Positions 18,958 to 28,430 of a stretch of 64,000 nucleotides of DNA are shown one piece after another (the stretch's first letter is position 1; every line of letters begins with the position of its first letter). A program made the translations under genes and the position numbers. The notes beneath the pieces are model-generated. The model ran no database searches, was not told where the DNA came from, and saw only the letters and a list, made by a program, of their open reading frames with translations. Source of the stretch: Dehalococcoidales bacterium (GTDB lineage: Bacteria; Chloroflexota; Dehalococcoidia; Dehalococcoidales; Fen-1064); NCBI GenBank assembly GCA_036396095.1, contig DASWLM010000027.1, forward strand, positions 3,992 to 67,991. Direction: 5' to 3'.

Positions 18958-18977
18958 TACCTAACGTTCGGTAGGTA
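18958..18977. promoter_or_regulatory. Putative TetR operator
   Basis: Palindrome TACCTA-ACGTTCGG-TAGGTA about 30 bp upstream of the TetR start. Confidence 0.55.
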
Positions 18978-19257
18978 AATGTTCCTCTGAAAGAATAACG
19001 CAAATAAGACAACTTGTCAAGAACGATAAAAAGTCTATAGTATCAAAACGATTTTTCATCCTTTCATCAATTTAAGGTGAGGAAAATACAGGCTGATAGA
19101 TAGGCACACTGGTTGTCTTTTGCAAAGCGCCAAAGTTCGTGTTATGATAATATTGGTTTAAGTGTAGGTTATCGCAATTCGTAAAATCCTCGCAGATTTA
19201 TCCGAGTGCAGGATGACCGAGACTCTAACTAATATTTTTAAGAGAGGAGGTCATCCT

Positions 19258-19563
19258 ATGAGTTTCGAGGACAAGTCTCTAACGTGTGCTGATTGTGGAG
19301 CTACCTTTACATTCAGCGCAGACGAGCAGGAACTCTTCAAGACCAGGGGCTATCTCAATGAGCCCAAGCGCTGTCCTGCATGCCGGCAGGCAAAAAGAAC
19401 CGCGCGTAACGGAAGCAGTGGTTCCAGTTTTAGTCCACGACGCCAGATGTTTACCGTAACCTGTTCCGCGTGTGGCAAAAGCACCGAAGTACCTTTTGAA
19501 CCACGTGGTGACAGACCGGTGTACTGCAGTGACTGCTACCGCAAAACCAGAGCGAATAGATAA
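19258..19563 (+). CDS. Zinc-ribbon plus CxxC-x17-CxxC domain protein
   Basis: AGGAGG SD; CADC..CPAC and CSAC..VPFEP..CSDC. Confidence 0.9.
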   Translation: MSFEDKSLTCADCGATFTFSADEQELFKTRGYLNEPKRCPACRQAKRTARNGSSGSSFSPRRQMFTVTCSACGKSTEVPFEPRGDRPVYCSDCYRKTRANR

Positions 19564-19579
19564 TTCCTTTGGCAATGAT

Positions 19580-19612
19580 AAACACGGGCTGGGTAATGCT
19601 AGCCCGTGTTTT
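19580..19612 (+). terminator. Intrinsic terminator
   Basis: AAACACGGGCT/AGCCCGTGTTT stem plus T run. Confidence 0.75.
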
Positions 19613-19735
19613 CTTCTTCAGAAGACCAGGATTTTTAGTCCGATTGGCGGAATCATTTCATTTCCCGGGATATTACTCCCGACACTCGGACAACAATCTG
19701 CACAGGTGTAGAGAACAAAACGAGAGGTAACTGGT

Positions 19736-20116
19736 ATGAAACTATATGTGGGTAACCTATCTTATGATGTCATGGAGGACGAACTGCGACAGGCATTTTC
19801 CGCATTTGGCGAAGTGACTTCGGTGAGCATCCCCAGTGATAGACAGAGCGGCCGTTCCAAGGGCTTTGGATTTGTGGAAATGGCGACAAAAGCCGCCGCC
19901 GAAGCCGCAATTGCCGGTTTGAACGGTAAAAGTCTGAAAGAGCGCACCATAACGGTCGCGGAAGCCCGTCCCCGCACTGATAGCAGACCCGGCGGTGGAT
20001 ACGGCGGCAGCAGAGGCGGCGGTCGTGACTACGGCGGTGGCGGCGGCGGTGGTGGTTATGGTGGTGGCAGAGGTGGCCGGTCCGGTGGTGGTGGTGGTAG
20101 GGGAGGGCGGTACTAG
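19736..20116 (+). CDS. RRM RNA-binding protein with Gly/Arg-rich tail
   Basis: RNP2 LYVGNL, RNP1 KGFGFVEM. Confidence 0.95.
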   Translation: MKLYVGNLSYDVMEDELRQAFSAFGEVTSVSIPSDRQSGRSKGFGFVEMATKAAAEAAIAGLNGKSLKERTITVAEARPRTDSRPGGGYGGSRGGGRDYGGGGGGGGYGGGRGGRSGGGGGRGGRY

Positions 20117-20236
20117 CCCCCTTTAGTCTCCCCCTACTTCCTCTATCTCGAATTTAATCTCGAATACTGGTGAGACACGAAATTCATCGGTATAGGCGAT
20201 ATTATATCCAATTGCTTTCTGTTTGTTCTATATTGT

Positions 20237-20722
20237 TCAGGGCAAATAACCTAGTTTCTTACGCACCCTCTGTAAGGGAAGGTAGATAATAGGGTCATTA
20301 ATCAAGGTGGGATCCCAAGTCGATTCATTGCGTAGGTCGAACCATCTAACCTCTGAGATTAAGGGATTACGAGAACCTGTCGGGTCCAGCTCTGGTTTAT
20401 ATTCAGGTTCAATACCGGGGCTTGCTTCACTGGTTAACGGTTCGCAATAATAGGTTTTATAGTTTTTCAACAGACTATAGGCAGGGTCTTCAGTGGTATA
20501 CATTTCATCGACCAAGAGAGAGACAACCCGCACATCTAGCTTAGTCTCTTCTTTCATCTCTCTTTGAACGCATTGTTCTTCTGTTTCACCCGGCTCTATA
20601 CCTCCACCGGGGAACAACCAAACGATTCGTCTGGCTTGTCCGGGAGGAAACACATGCTGTTTAAGTAAGAGAATGTGATGGTCTTTGACTATCGCGCCCT
20701 GATATCGCGTAAGGCGGTTCAA
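20237..20722 (-). CDS. NUDIX hydrolase
   Basis: Nudix box GGIEPGETEEQCVQREMKEET. Confidence 0.85.
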   Translation of the reverse strand: MNRLTRYQGAIVKDHHILLLKQHVFPPGQARRIVWLFPGGGIEPGETEEQCVQREMKEETKLDVRVVSLLVDEMYTTEDPAYSLLKNYKTYYCEPLTSEASPGIEPEYKPELDPTGSRNPLISEVRWFDLRNESTWDPTLINDPIIYLPLQRVRKKLGYLP

Positions 20723-20882
20723 TTGTCACTTCTCCTTTTATAGAGGAATAAAATTGCTGTCCACTTCGTCAGTTGTTGGCTTATTCTACACCTTACAAAT
20801 GTATGTTGCCTAATCCCAAATTTGCCACTCACCACCCATTTCTGCTATCCTTATTTGTTGACACCCTTAACAGGAGGATTCA

Positions 20883-21116
20883 ATGACTGAAAAAGAAAAG
20901 GTGCAGTCGGTATTAGAGCAAATCCGCCCGGCTCTGCAGGCAGACGGTGGTGATATTGAACTCGTCGATGTGAAGAAAGGGGTGGTGAGCGTCAAGCTCA
21001 TGGGGCACTGTGCGGGTTGACCGATGTCCACGATGACGCTCAGGATGGGCGTCGAGCGCATTCTCAAACAGGAGATTCCCACCATAAAAGAGGTTGTTGC
21101 CGTCGCGGAGGAATAA
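20883..21116 (+). CDS. NifU/Nfu C-terminal domain protein, probable selenoprotein (CxxU)
   Basis: AGGAGG SD; MTEKEKVQSVLEQIRPALQADGGDIELV..LMGHCAG-TGA(21018)-PMSTMTLRMGVERILKQEIP; homology continues past the UGA. Confidence 0.88.
21021..21056 (+). promoter_or_regulatory. Bacterial SECIS-like hairpin
   Basis: GACGCTC-AGGAT-GGGCGTC (21035-21053); G-containing loop 21 nt after the UGA. Confidence 0.65.
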
Positions 21117-21187
21117 TCGTTTCTGAAGGCGGCGTCCGGTTGAATTAGACTCTTCTCCTGGCTGGAGAAGAATAATGGCATCGCATC

Positions 21188-21218
21188 AGGGAGGGTTTAC
21201 ACTCTCCCTTTTCTTTTT
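21188..21218 (+). terminator. Intrinsic terminator
   Basis: AGGGAGGG/CTCTCCCT stem plus T run. Confidence 0.6.
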
Positions 21219-21311
21219 GACCATCTAAGTTCCTCGTATAAACAACATTCATCAGTATCATGTGGCTCATTGGTGAATATCGTTGAATCTACGGTATAAT
21301 CAAAGCGGAAG

Positions 21312-23615
21312 ATGAGCACGATAGAGCGATTGGACAGGCGGGCTGTTATCAGTGTCCGTGGTGTTGTGCAGGGCGTCGGGTTCCGACCTTTTATCTACCG
21401 CCTGGCAACCCGGCACCACCTGCGCGGCTGGGTGCGGAACACCTCCGGCAATGTAGAAATCGAGGTAGAAGGAAAGGAATCGGAGGTAAAGGATTTCTTA
21501 AATAACCTCAAAATCGAGGCGCCTCCGCAAGCTCGCATCGAACAGATTCAAGTAGTATTATCGCCAACGAAAGGCTATAAAGACTTCCGGATTTATGAAA
21601 GCGAATCCCAGGAAGGGAAATACCAGCTTGTCTCGCCGGATATTGCTACCTGCCCGGATTGTCGGCAGGAGATTTTCGACCGAGCCGACCGCCGTTTCCA
21701 CTATCCTTTCACAAATTGCACTAACTGTGGGCCTCGGTTCACCATCATTGAGGACATCCCCTACGACCGACCTAAAACCACGATGCGCGATTTTGTGATG
21801 TGCCCGCAGTGTGAAAAGGAATATCATGACCCGCTTGACCGCCGGTTTCATGCCCAGCCAAATGCTTGTCCTGTTTGTGGACCGCAACTAGAACTGGTTA
21901 GTGCCGACGGGAAGAAGGTTGATTGTCCTGATATTATCCATAAAGCCAGCCAATTACTAAAGAAAGGTAAAATCCTGGCGATAAGGGGACTGGGGGGATT
22001 TCAGCTTGCCTGCGATGCGACAAATCCTGATGTGGTTAACCTGCTTCGCCAACGGAAGCATCGTCCTGCTAAACCCTTCGCGGTAATGCTGGCAACCCTC
22101 GCGGAAGTAAAGAAATACTGCATCGTCTCCGAGGAGGAAGCCTTTGTGCTGGAGTCGCCGGAAAGTCCCATCGTCCTCGTGTCGTGGAGTAAATCGAAAT
22201 CGGATATTGTAACAGAAGTGGCGCCGAATCTCAATTACCTCGGCATGATGCTACCCTACACCCCTCTACATCATCTCCTGCTCAAAGAGGCAAACATCCC
22301 CCTCGTTATGACCAGTGGCAACCTCAGTGAAGAGCCAATTGCCAAAGACAATGATGAAGCGCTCATTCGCCTTAAGGATATTGCTGATTATTTTCTTCTA
22401 CACAACCGTGGCATCTATGCCCGCTACGACGATAGTGTTTTCATAGTGGAGGACAAACAACCGGTGGCTTTGCGGCGTGCTCGCGGCTATGCGCCCTACC
22501 CCCTTATTCTGCCATACAATTCGAAACAGATTCTCGCCTGTGGGGCGGAACTGAAGAATACATTTTGTCTCACTCGTGATAACCACGCTTTCCTCAGTCA
22601 GCACATCGGGGATATGGAGAATGAAGAGACACTGGAACATTTTGAGAACACCATCGAGCTTTACAAACGCCTTTTCCGCATCGAGCCGGAAATGATTGCC
22701 TGCGACCTGCACCCCGATTACCTGCCGAGTAAATATGCGATGACTCTGGCTGGGGAAAAGAAATTGCCACTGGTGACTGTCCAGCACCATCATAGCCATA
22801 TCGTTAGTTGTCTCGCAGAAAACAAGGTCGAAGGTCCTGTCATCGGGGTGGCGTTCGATGGAGTAGGGTATGGAACAGATGGAGCCATCTGGGGCGGGGA
22901 ATTTTTAGTAGCTGACTGGCGTGGTTTCAAGAGGGTGGGGCAATTTGAATATGTGCCGATGCCCGGTGGCGCGTCCGCCATTAAAAAGCCTTACCGGATG
23001 GCACTGGGCTATATCTACTCTCTACTGGGTGACTGGATTCTACCTGATTCCCTGATGCCGAGCTTGAATCCCGCGGAGATTGGTATAATAAAGAAACAAA
23101 TCCAGCAGAAAGTTAACTGTCCGTTGACCTCCAGTGTCGGGCGACTTTTCGATGCGGTGGCGGCGATTGCCGGTATACGTCAGGAGATAGATTATGAGGC
23201 ACAGGCGGCGATTGAGCTAGAGATGTTAGCGCCTGATAGTATTGACGTCAACAGGCTGAGGGTTTATCCTTGTGGCATTGAGATGGAATCTGATTTAAGA
23301 ATCATCAGACTGGGGGAACTATTCCGCGCGGTTATAAAAGATGTAATGGATAAGGTAAACGTGCCTGAAATCTCTGCAAAACTTCATAATACCGTCGCCA
23401 GGATAACTACCAGAATGTGTCAGGACATTGCTAAGGAGACAGGATTACAACAGGTAGCACTCAGCGGCGGTGTTTTCCAGAACCGTTTACTTTTGAGACT
23501 GACACGGAGGCAACTCGAAAAAGCTGGCTTTCAAGTGTTTACCCACCATCTTGTCCCCTGTAACGATGGCGGTATTGCCCTGGGGCAGGCAGTGATTGCC
23601 CATCATGTGAAATAG
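21312..23615 (+). CDS. hypF: Carbamoyltransferase HypF
   Basis: Acylphosphatase GVVQGVGFRPF, Zn fingers, QHHHSH, NDGGIALGQ. Confidence 0.97.
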   Translation: MSTIERLDRRAVISVRGVVQGVGFRPFIYRLATRHHLRGWVRNTSGNVEIEVEGKESEVKDFLNNLKIEAPPQARIEQIQVVLSPTKGYKDFRIYESESQEGKYQLVSPDIATCPDCRQEIFDRADRRFHYPFTNCTNCGPRFTIIEDIPYDRPKTTMRDFVMCPQCEKEYHDPLDRRFHAQPNACPVCGPQLELVSADGKKVDCPDIIHKASQLLKKGKILAIRGLGGFQLACDATNPDVVNLLRQRKHRPAKPFAVMLATLAEVKKYCIVSEEEAFVLESPESPIVLVSWSKSKSDIVTEVAPNLNYLGMMLPYTPLHHLLLKEANIPLVMTSGNLSEEPIAKDNDEALIRLKDIADYFLLHNRGIYARYDDSVFIVEDKQPVALRRARGYAPYPLILPYNSKQILACGAELKNTFCLTRDNHAFLSQHIGDMENEETLEHFENTIELYKRLFRIEPEMIACDLHPDYLPSKYAMTLAGEKKLPLVTVQHHHSHIVSCLAENKVEGPVIGVAFDGVGYGTDGAIWGGEFLVADWRGFKRVGQFEYVPMPGGASAIKKPYRMALGYIYSLLGDWILPDSLMPSLNPAEIGIIKKQIQQKVNCPLTSSVGRLFDAVAAIAGIRQEIDYEAQAAIELEMLAPDSIDVNRLRVYPCGIEMESDLRIIRLGELFRAVIKDVMDKVNVPEISAKLHNTVARITTRMCQDIAKETGLQQVALSGGVFQNRLLLRLTRRQLEKAGFQVFTHHLVPCNDGGIALGQAVIAHHVK

Positions 23616-23627
23616 AGGTTTAAAAAA

Positions 23628-23849
23628 ATGTGTCTCGCAATTCCAGCATTAATAAAGAGCATTGAAGGTAAAGAGGCTGAAGCGAAGATTGGTGGTATCA
23701 CCCGCCATATCAGCCTCTGGCTCACTCCCGAAGCAAAGGTGGGCGACTATGTCCTTCTGCATACCGGCTATGCCATCAGCATCATTGACAGGGAGGAAGC
23801 TGAGGAAACCCTGCGACTCTTTGCGGAGATAGCCGAAGAAACTAGATGA
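23628..23849 (+). CDS. hypC: HypC chaperone
   Basis: MCLAIP..VGDYVLLHTGYAI. Confidence 0.96.
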   Translation: MCLAIPALIKSIEGKEAEAKIGGITRHISLWLTPEAKVGDYVLLHTGYAISIIDREEAEETLRLFAEIAEETR

Positions 23850-24787
23850 ATATCATCCTTAAAAACAGGTGGGTTGTGCTCGGTTTCAGGGTGATATTGG
23901 GTGGGATTTTCCTTGCCGCCAGTATCTCTAAAATCCTGGACATGAATGGTTTTGTCAACACTGTTGTCGGCTATGAGCTCATACCCCGCACTCTTGCCGA
24001 AATCTACGGCTGGATTGTCCCCTGGGTGGAGCTATTTATCGGTTGGTCTCTGGTGCTGGGTGTCTTGCCGCGTCTATCGGCGGCGATAAGCATCCCCTTA
24101 GTTATCAGTTTCGCCATTGCCAGCAGTTATGCCCTCGAGAAATTCCCCGACAGCATTTGTGGTTGCTTCGGAAACTTCATTGCCCTCAGTCATCCCGTTT
24201 CACTTACTATTGATGGCATCATGTTTATATTGGCGATAGTTTTACTTGTCAATAAGCAACCGGAGTTACTTACTGTCGGGCAGTGGCTCAACCGGATAAA
24301 TCCAGATTTAAAAAGCCAGAAGAAATCCAGTTATTACATCGTTATGCTTGGTGTTGTCGTACTGGCAATGGCAATAACAGCCGCTGTCAGCTATGGTATA
24401 GAATCACTTACCTCAAATACCGACAGTACCGTAGGGACAGTAAATATCCCGTCGCCTCTAGTTGACAGTTTGAGTGAGCATTTGAAAGTGGGTAAGCCGG
24501 TCCTATTTTATGTCTATGCTGAAGGCTGTTCTTCCTGTGAAGCCGCTGAGCCGGTCATCGAAGAAGTGGCTGGAGAATTCAGCACAACCATTGCTTGTAT
24601 AAAAGTCGATTATTATCATTACCCTAACCAGCTAATAGAAATGGGTATCACATCGACACCGACTATCTGGGTGATTACAGGGCAAAACCCGGATGGCTCT
24701 TTCAACCTCGCAAAGATATTTAAAGGTTCGGTAGAGCGTGAAGAATTGAGAAGCGCTCTTGATAGTGCTGTCAAATTGCTCCGGTAA
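23846..24787 (+). CDS. MauE/DoxX membrane domain fused to thioredoxin
   Basis: 'RVILG..F..SKI', 'PWVEL', CGCFG; C-terminal CSSC and TPT. Confidence 0.8.
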   Translation: MNIILKNRWVVLGFRVILGGIFLAASISKILDMNGFVNTVVGYELIPRTLAEIYGWIVPWVELFIGWSLVLGVLPRLSAAISIPLVISFAIASSYALEKFPDSICGCFGNFIALSHPVSLTIDGIMFILAIVLLVNKQPELLTVGQWLNRINPDLKSQKKSSYYIVMLGVVVLAMAITAAVSYGIESLTSNTDSTVGTVNIPSPLVDSLSEHLKVGKPVLFYVYAEGCSSCEAAEPVIEEVAGEFSTTIACIKVDYYHYPNQLIEMGITSTPTIWVITGQNPDGSFNLAKIFKGSVEREELRSALDSAVKLLR

Positions 24788-24796
24788 GGAGAAAAT

Positions 24797-25888
24797 GTGA
24801 GATACATTACCGAGTTCCGTAATAATGAAGCGGCAAAGGGATTGATTACCCGCATTGCCCGGATTTCAAAACATCCGGCAAGATTTATGGAGTTCTGCGG
24901 TGGTCACACTGTCGCTATCTTCCGCTACGGTATCCGTCAGGTCTTGCCCAAAACAATCGCGATGGTTTCGGGTCCTGGTTGTCCGGTCTGTGTCACTGCT
25001 ACGCCGGATATTGACAAGTCAATTGCGCTGGCACAAATACCCGGCGTGATTATCGCCACCTTCGGGGATATGCTCAAAGTGCCGGGGAGCCGCTCGAGCC
25101 TGCAGAAAGCGCGTGCCGATGGAGCTGATGTACGGATGGTCTATTCGACGTTGGATGCCTTGAAGATTGCCACGGAGAATCCGGAGAAGTCGGTGGTTTT
25201 TCTCGGTATCGGGTTTGAGACCACTGCACCGGGAGTAGCTGCCTCGGTGCTCCAGGCGGAGGAGCAGAATATCCGCAACTATTATGTACTTTCTCAGCAT
25301 AAGTTATGCCCGCCGGTCATCCGTGCCATTCTGAAAGCCGGCGAGGTCAAGCTGGATGGTATGGTATGCCCCGGGCATGTATCCGCCATTACCGGGTCGC
25401 AGGCGTGGGAGTTTATCGCAGAAGATTTCGGTATCCCCTGTGTGGTTTCCGGGTTCGAACCGCTGGACATCTTGCAGTGCGTGGCGATGCTTACCGCTCA
25501 GGTGGAAAACAAGGAATCGAAAGTCGAGATTGCCTACCGCCGTGGTGTCACACGGGAAGGCAACACCCACGCTCTGACATTGCTGGACAAGGTGTTTGAA
25601 CCCTGCCCGGCAAACTGGCGCGGTATCGGTATTATCCCTGGTAGTGGACTGAAGTTGCGTAGACAGTACAAACATCATGACGCTGAAGAACAATTCCATA
25701 TCAAGGTTGCGCCTTTTATTGAACCGAAAGGCTGTCTTTGTGGTGAGGTCTTGCGGGGAGTCAAGACACCGCTCGACTGCAAGCTGTTCCGTAAGGCCTG
25801 CACTCCCGAATCGCCGGTAGGTCCGTGTATGGTATCATCGGAGGGTAGTTGTTCGGCTTATTATTTATATGGGAGCGGGACAATTTGA
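24797..25888 (+). CDS. hypD: Hydrogenase formation protein HypD
   Basis: MEFCGGHT, GPGCPVCVT, GFETT, PGHVS, PCMVSSEGSC. Confidence 0.97.
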   Translation: MRYITEFRNNEAAKGLITRIARISKHPARFMEFCGGHTVAIFRYGIRQVLPKTIAMVSGPGCPVCVTATPDIDKSIALAQIPGVIIATFGDMLKVPGSRSSLQKARADGADVRMVYSTLDALKIATENPEKSVVFLGIGFETTAPGVAASVLQAEEQNIRNYYVLSQHKLCPPVIRAILKAGEVKLDGMVCPGHVSAITGSQAWEFIAEDFGIPCVVSGFEPLDILQCVAMLTAQVENKESKVEIAYRRGVTREGNTHALTLLDKVFEPCPANWRGIGIIPGSGLKLRRQYKHHDAEEQFHIKVAPFIEPKGCLCGEVLRGVKTPLDCKLFRKACTPESPVGPCMVSSEGSCSAYYLYGSGTI

Positions 25889-26337
25889 ATCCGAAAGTTA
25901 GACCTACAGGTATTCTTATAGAAGACGGCAAGATTCTCATCGTGAAGCAGGAAGTATCGGAACGGCGTCACTGGTCTCTACCCGGCGGCGAGCTCGAGTA
26001 CGGCGAAACCATCGAGCAGTGCCTGAGACGCGAAATTAAGGAGGAGACAGGGCTGGATGTGAAGGTGAAGGATATGCTCTATATCTGCGACCGTTTCCGC
26101 CGTCTGAACAACCACATTGTCCATATTACGTTTTTGGTAGAGCGAGTTGGGGGAAAATTGCCATCGAGTTCATTCTTCCACAAAGATGAAGAAATGAACA
26201 GGGAAGTGAAAATGATACCGATAGATGAACTCACCAAGTATGGATTTTCGCAGACATTTTACCGGCTGGTAAAGGACAATTTCCCCAACCGTGGTAGTTA
26301 CCAGGGTGATTTTCATAAATTTTATGGGGAACCGTAA
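25885..26337 (+). CDS. NUDIX hydrolase
   Basis: PGGELEYGETIEQCLRREIKEETG; TTG start overlapping the hypD stop. Confidence 0.85.
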   Translation: MNPKVRPTGILIEDGKILIVKQEVSERRHWSLPGGELEYGETIEQCLRREIKEETGLDVKVKDMLYICDRFRRLNNHIVHITFLVERVGGKLPSSSFFHKDEEMNREVKMIPIDELTKYGFSQTFYRLVKDNFPNRGSYQGDFHKFYGEP

Positions 26338-26340
26338 ATT

Positions 26341-27345
26341 ATGGAAGATAGAATCCTTCTGGCACATGGTAGTGGCGGTAAGCTGGCGCACGACCTGATA
26401 GAGAAGAGCTTTGTACCTTTTCTCGATAATCCTTTGCTCGCACCATTGGATGATTCGGCGGTTTTTAAGATGAGCGGTCGTCTCGCCTTCACGACAGATA
26501 GCTACGTGGTCAGCCCTATCTTTTTCCCCGGCGGAGATATCGGCAAACTGGCAGTCTGCGGCACGGTTAACGACCTGTCCATGTCCGGCGCCAAACCTCT
26601 CTACCTTTCTCTCGCGTTCATCGTTGAAGAAGGACTCCTTCTAAAAGATTTGCAGAGGGTTATCAATTCCATAAGAACCACGGCGGAAGAAGCCGGAGTC
26701 AGGATTATCACCGGCGATACGAAGGTCGTTGAGCATGGCTCGGCGGATAAGCTCTTCATCAATACAGCGGGTATCGGGAAGATACCGGAGGGTGTCTCTA
26801 TTTCCGGCAGTAATGCCAAGCCGGGCGATAAGGTGATTTTAAGCGGGACAATCGGCGACCATGGTATTGCCGTTCTGAGTCAGCGACAAGGATTAAGCTT
26901 CGGCACGAAACTGGAGAGCGATTGTGCGCCCCTTGGCAAGATGGTGGCAAAGATGCTAACGGCAAGCAAAAATATTCACAGCCTGCGCGACCCTACCCGC
27001 GGCGGTTTAGCCACCACCCTAAACGAACTGGCAAAGCAGTCGAAGGTGGGTATCAGGATTGAAGAATCAAAAATTCCCATCCGTGACGAGGTTGCCGGCG
27101 CCTGTGAAATGCTGGGTTTAGACCCACTTTATATTGCCAACGAAGGTAAATTGGTTACTATCGTCGCCCGTGAAGATGCGGAAAAAGTACTGGCGGCAAT
27201 GAGGCGGAACCGATATGGAAAGAATGCGGTCATCATTGGGGAAGTGATTGCCGGACACCCGGGGCGCGTGGTGATGAAAACACTATTGGGTTCTCCCCGC
27301 ATCGTGGATATGCTGGTAGGGGAACCCCTCCCGAGAATTTGTTAG
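26341..27345 (+). CDS. hypE: HypE
   Basis: LAHGSGGK, TTDSYVV, RDPTRGG, C-terminal PRIC. Confidence 0.97.
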   Translation: MEDRILLAHGSGGKLAHDLIEKSFVPFLDNPLLAPLDDSAVFKMSGRLAFTTDSYVVSPIFFPGGDIGKLAVCGTVNDLSMSGAKPLYLSLAFIVEEGLLLKDLQRVINSIRTTAEEAGVRIITGDTKVVEHGSADKLFINTAGIGKIPEGVSISGSNAKPGDKVILSGTIGDHGIAVLSQRQGLSFGTKLESDCAPLGKMVAKMLTASKNIHSLRDPTRGGLATTLNELAKQSKVGIRIEESKIPIRDEVAGACEMLGLDPLYIANEGKLVTIVAREDAEKVLAAMRRNRYGKNAVIIGEVIAGHPGRVVMKTLLGSPRIVDMLVGEPLPRIC

Positions 27346-27395
27346 CGGAGCAGGTAATGCAATTACGGGGTAAACCCCTCCCGAGGATTTGCTAG
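27323..27395 (+). repeat. Duplicated hypE 3' end (23-bp direct repeat, 50-bp period)
   Basis: AACCCCTCCCGAGAATTTGTTAG vs AACCCCTCCCGAGGATTTGCTAG. Confidence 0.8.
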
Positions 27396-27737
27396 ATGCA
27401 CGAACTGGCGATTACCCAGAGTATGTTTGACATCGTTTTAAAACAAGCGGAACAGGTAAAAGCCAAAAAGGTAACGAAAATCAATCTGGTTATCGGTGAG
27501 ATGACTGGTGTGGTCAGCGACTGCATCCAGTTCTATATGGATTTTCTGAGCAAAGGAACGGTGGCTGAAGGAGTCGTTGTCTCCGTGAATTCAGTGCCCC
27601 CGACGGCGAAGTGTCTGTCTTGCGGCAAGACCTTTAAAGTGAAAGAGTTGGAGTGGAAGTGCCCTCATTGTGATGGTATCAATCTGGAAGTTACCGGCGG
27701 TAAAGAGCTATTCGTGGAAAGCATCGAGGTGGACTAG
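27396..27737 (+). CDS. hypA: Nickel metallochaperone HypA
   Basis: MHELAI, two CxxC, GKELFVESIEV. Confidence 0.96.
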   Translation: MHELAITQSMFDIVLKQAEQVKAKKVTKINLVIGEMTGVVSDCIQFYMDFLSKGTVAEGVVVSVNSVPPTAKCLSCGKTFKVKELEWKCPHCDGINLEVTGGKELFVESIEVD

Positions 27738-28397
27738 ATGAAAATCAAGGTACTCAAGGATATACTCAGCGTCAATGAGCAAATCGCACGCAAGAACCAT
27801 GAACTGCTGGAGAAAAACAAGGTATTTTCTATCAATATCATGGCTTCGCCGGGCGCCGGTAAAACAAGTTTGGTGCTCCAGACAATTAAAGCTCTGCGCA
27901 GTAAGGTAAAAGTGGGTGTGATTGAGGGTGATATCAGCTCCAGTATCGATGCGCAGACGGTGGGGAAAACAGGCGTGCCCGTAGTGCAGATTAACACCGG
28001 CGGCGAATGCCATCTCGATGCCAATATGATACAGAATGCCCTCAACAACCTGCCCTTGAAAGATATCGGCCTGCTCCTTATTGAGAATGTGGGCAATCTG
28101 GTCTGCCCCGCCGAATTCAATCTAGGTGAGCACCGGAAGGTGCTGGTTGCCAGCGTGCCTGAGGGTGATGACAAACCACATAAATACCCGCTCATGTTCA
28201 CTACTGTAGAAGCAGTCGTTATCAATAAGACCGACCTTCTGCCCTACGTGAAGTTCAATACCGACGCTTTCACAAAGGCAGTCAGAGGAATCAACGCGAA
28301 AGTGGCGATTTTCCCGGTCTCCTGCACCACGGGCGAGGGTATTCCTGCCTGGACAAAATGGCTGAAGGCGCAGATGAAACCAGACAAAGTAAAGTGA
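27738..28397 (+). CDS. hypB: Nickel incorporation GTPase HypB
   Basis: SPGAGKT, CHLDA, ENVGNLVCP, NKTD. Confidence 0.97.
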   Translation: MKIKVLKDILSVNEQIARKNHELLEKNKVFSINIMASPGAGKTSLVLQTIKALRSKVKVGVIEGDISSSIDAQTVGKTGVPVVQINTGGECHLDANMIQNALNNLPLKDIGLLLIENVGNLVCPAEFNLGEHRKVLVASVPEGDDKPHKYPLMFTTVEAVVINKTDLLPYVKFNTDAFTKAVRGINAKVAIFPVSCTTGEGIPAWTKWLKAQMKPDKVK

Positions 28398-28430
28398 CAG
28401 AGGAAATCACACAAGAGAACTGAAAACAAT

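Noticed and set aside
19990..20110. GGC/GGT tandem repeats
   Set aside because: They encode the ordinary Gly-rich tail of the RRM protein.
20867..21181. Minus-strand 104-aa ORF
   Set aside because: Antisense shadow of the Nfu selenoprotein gene.
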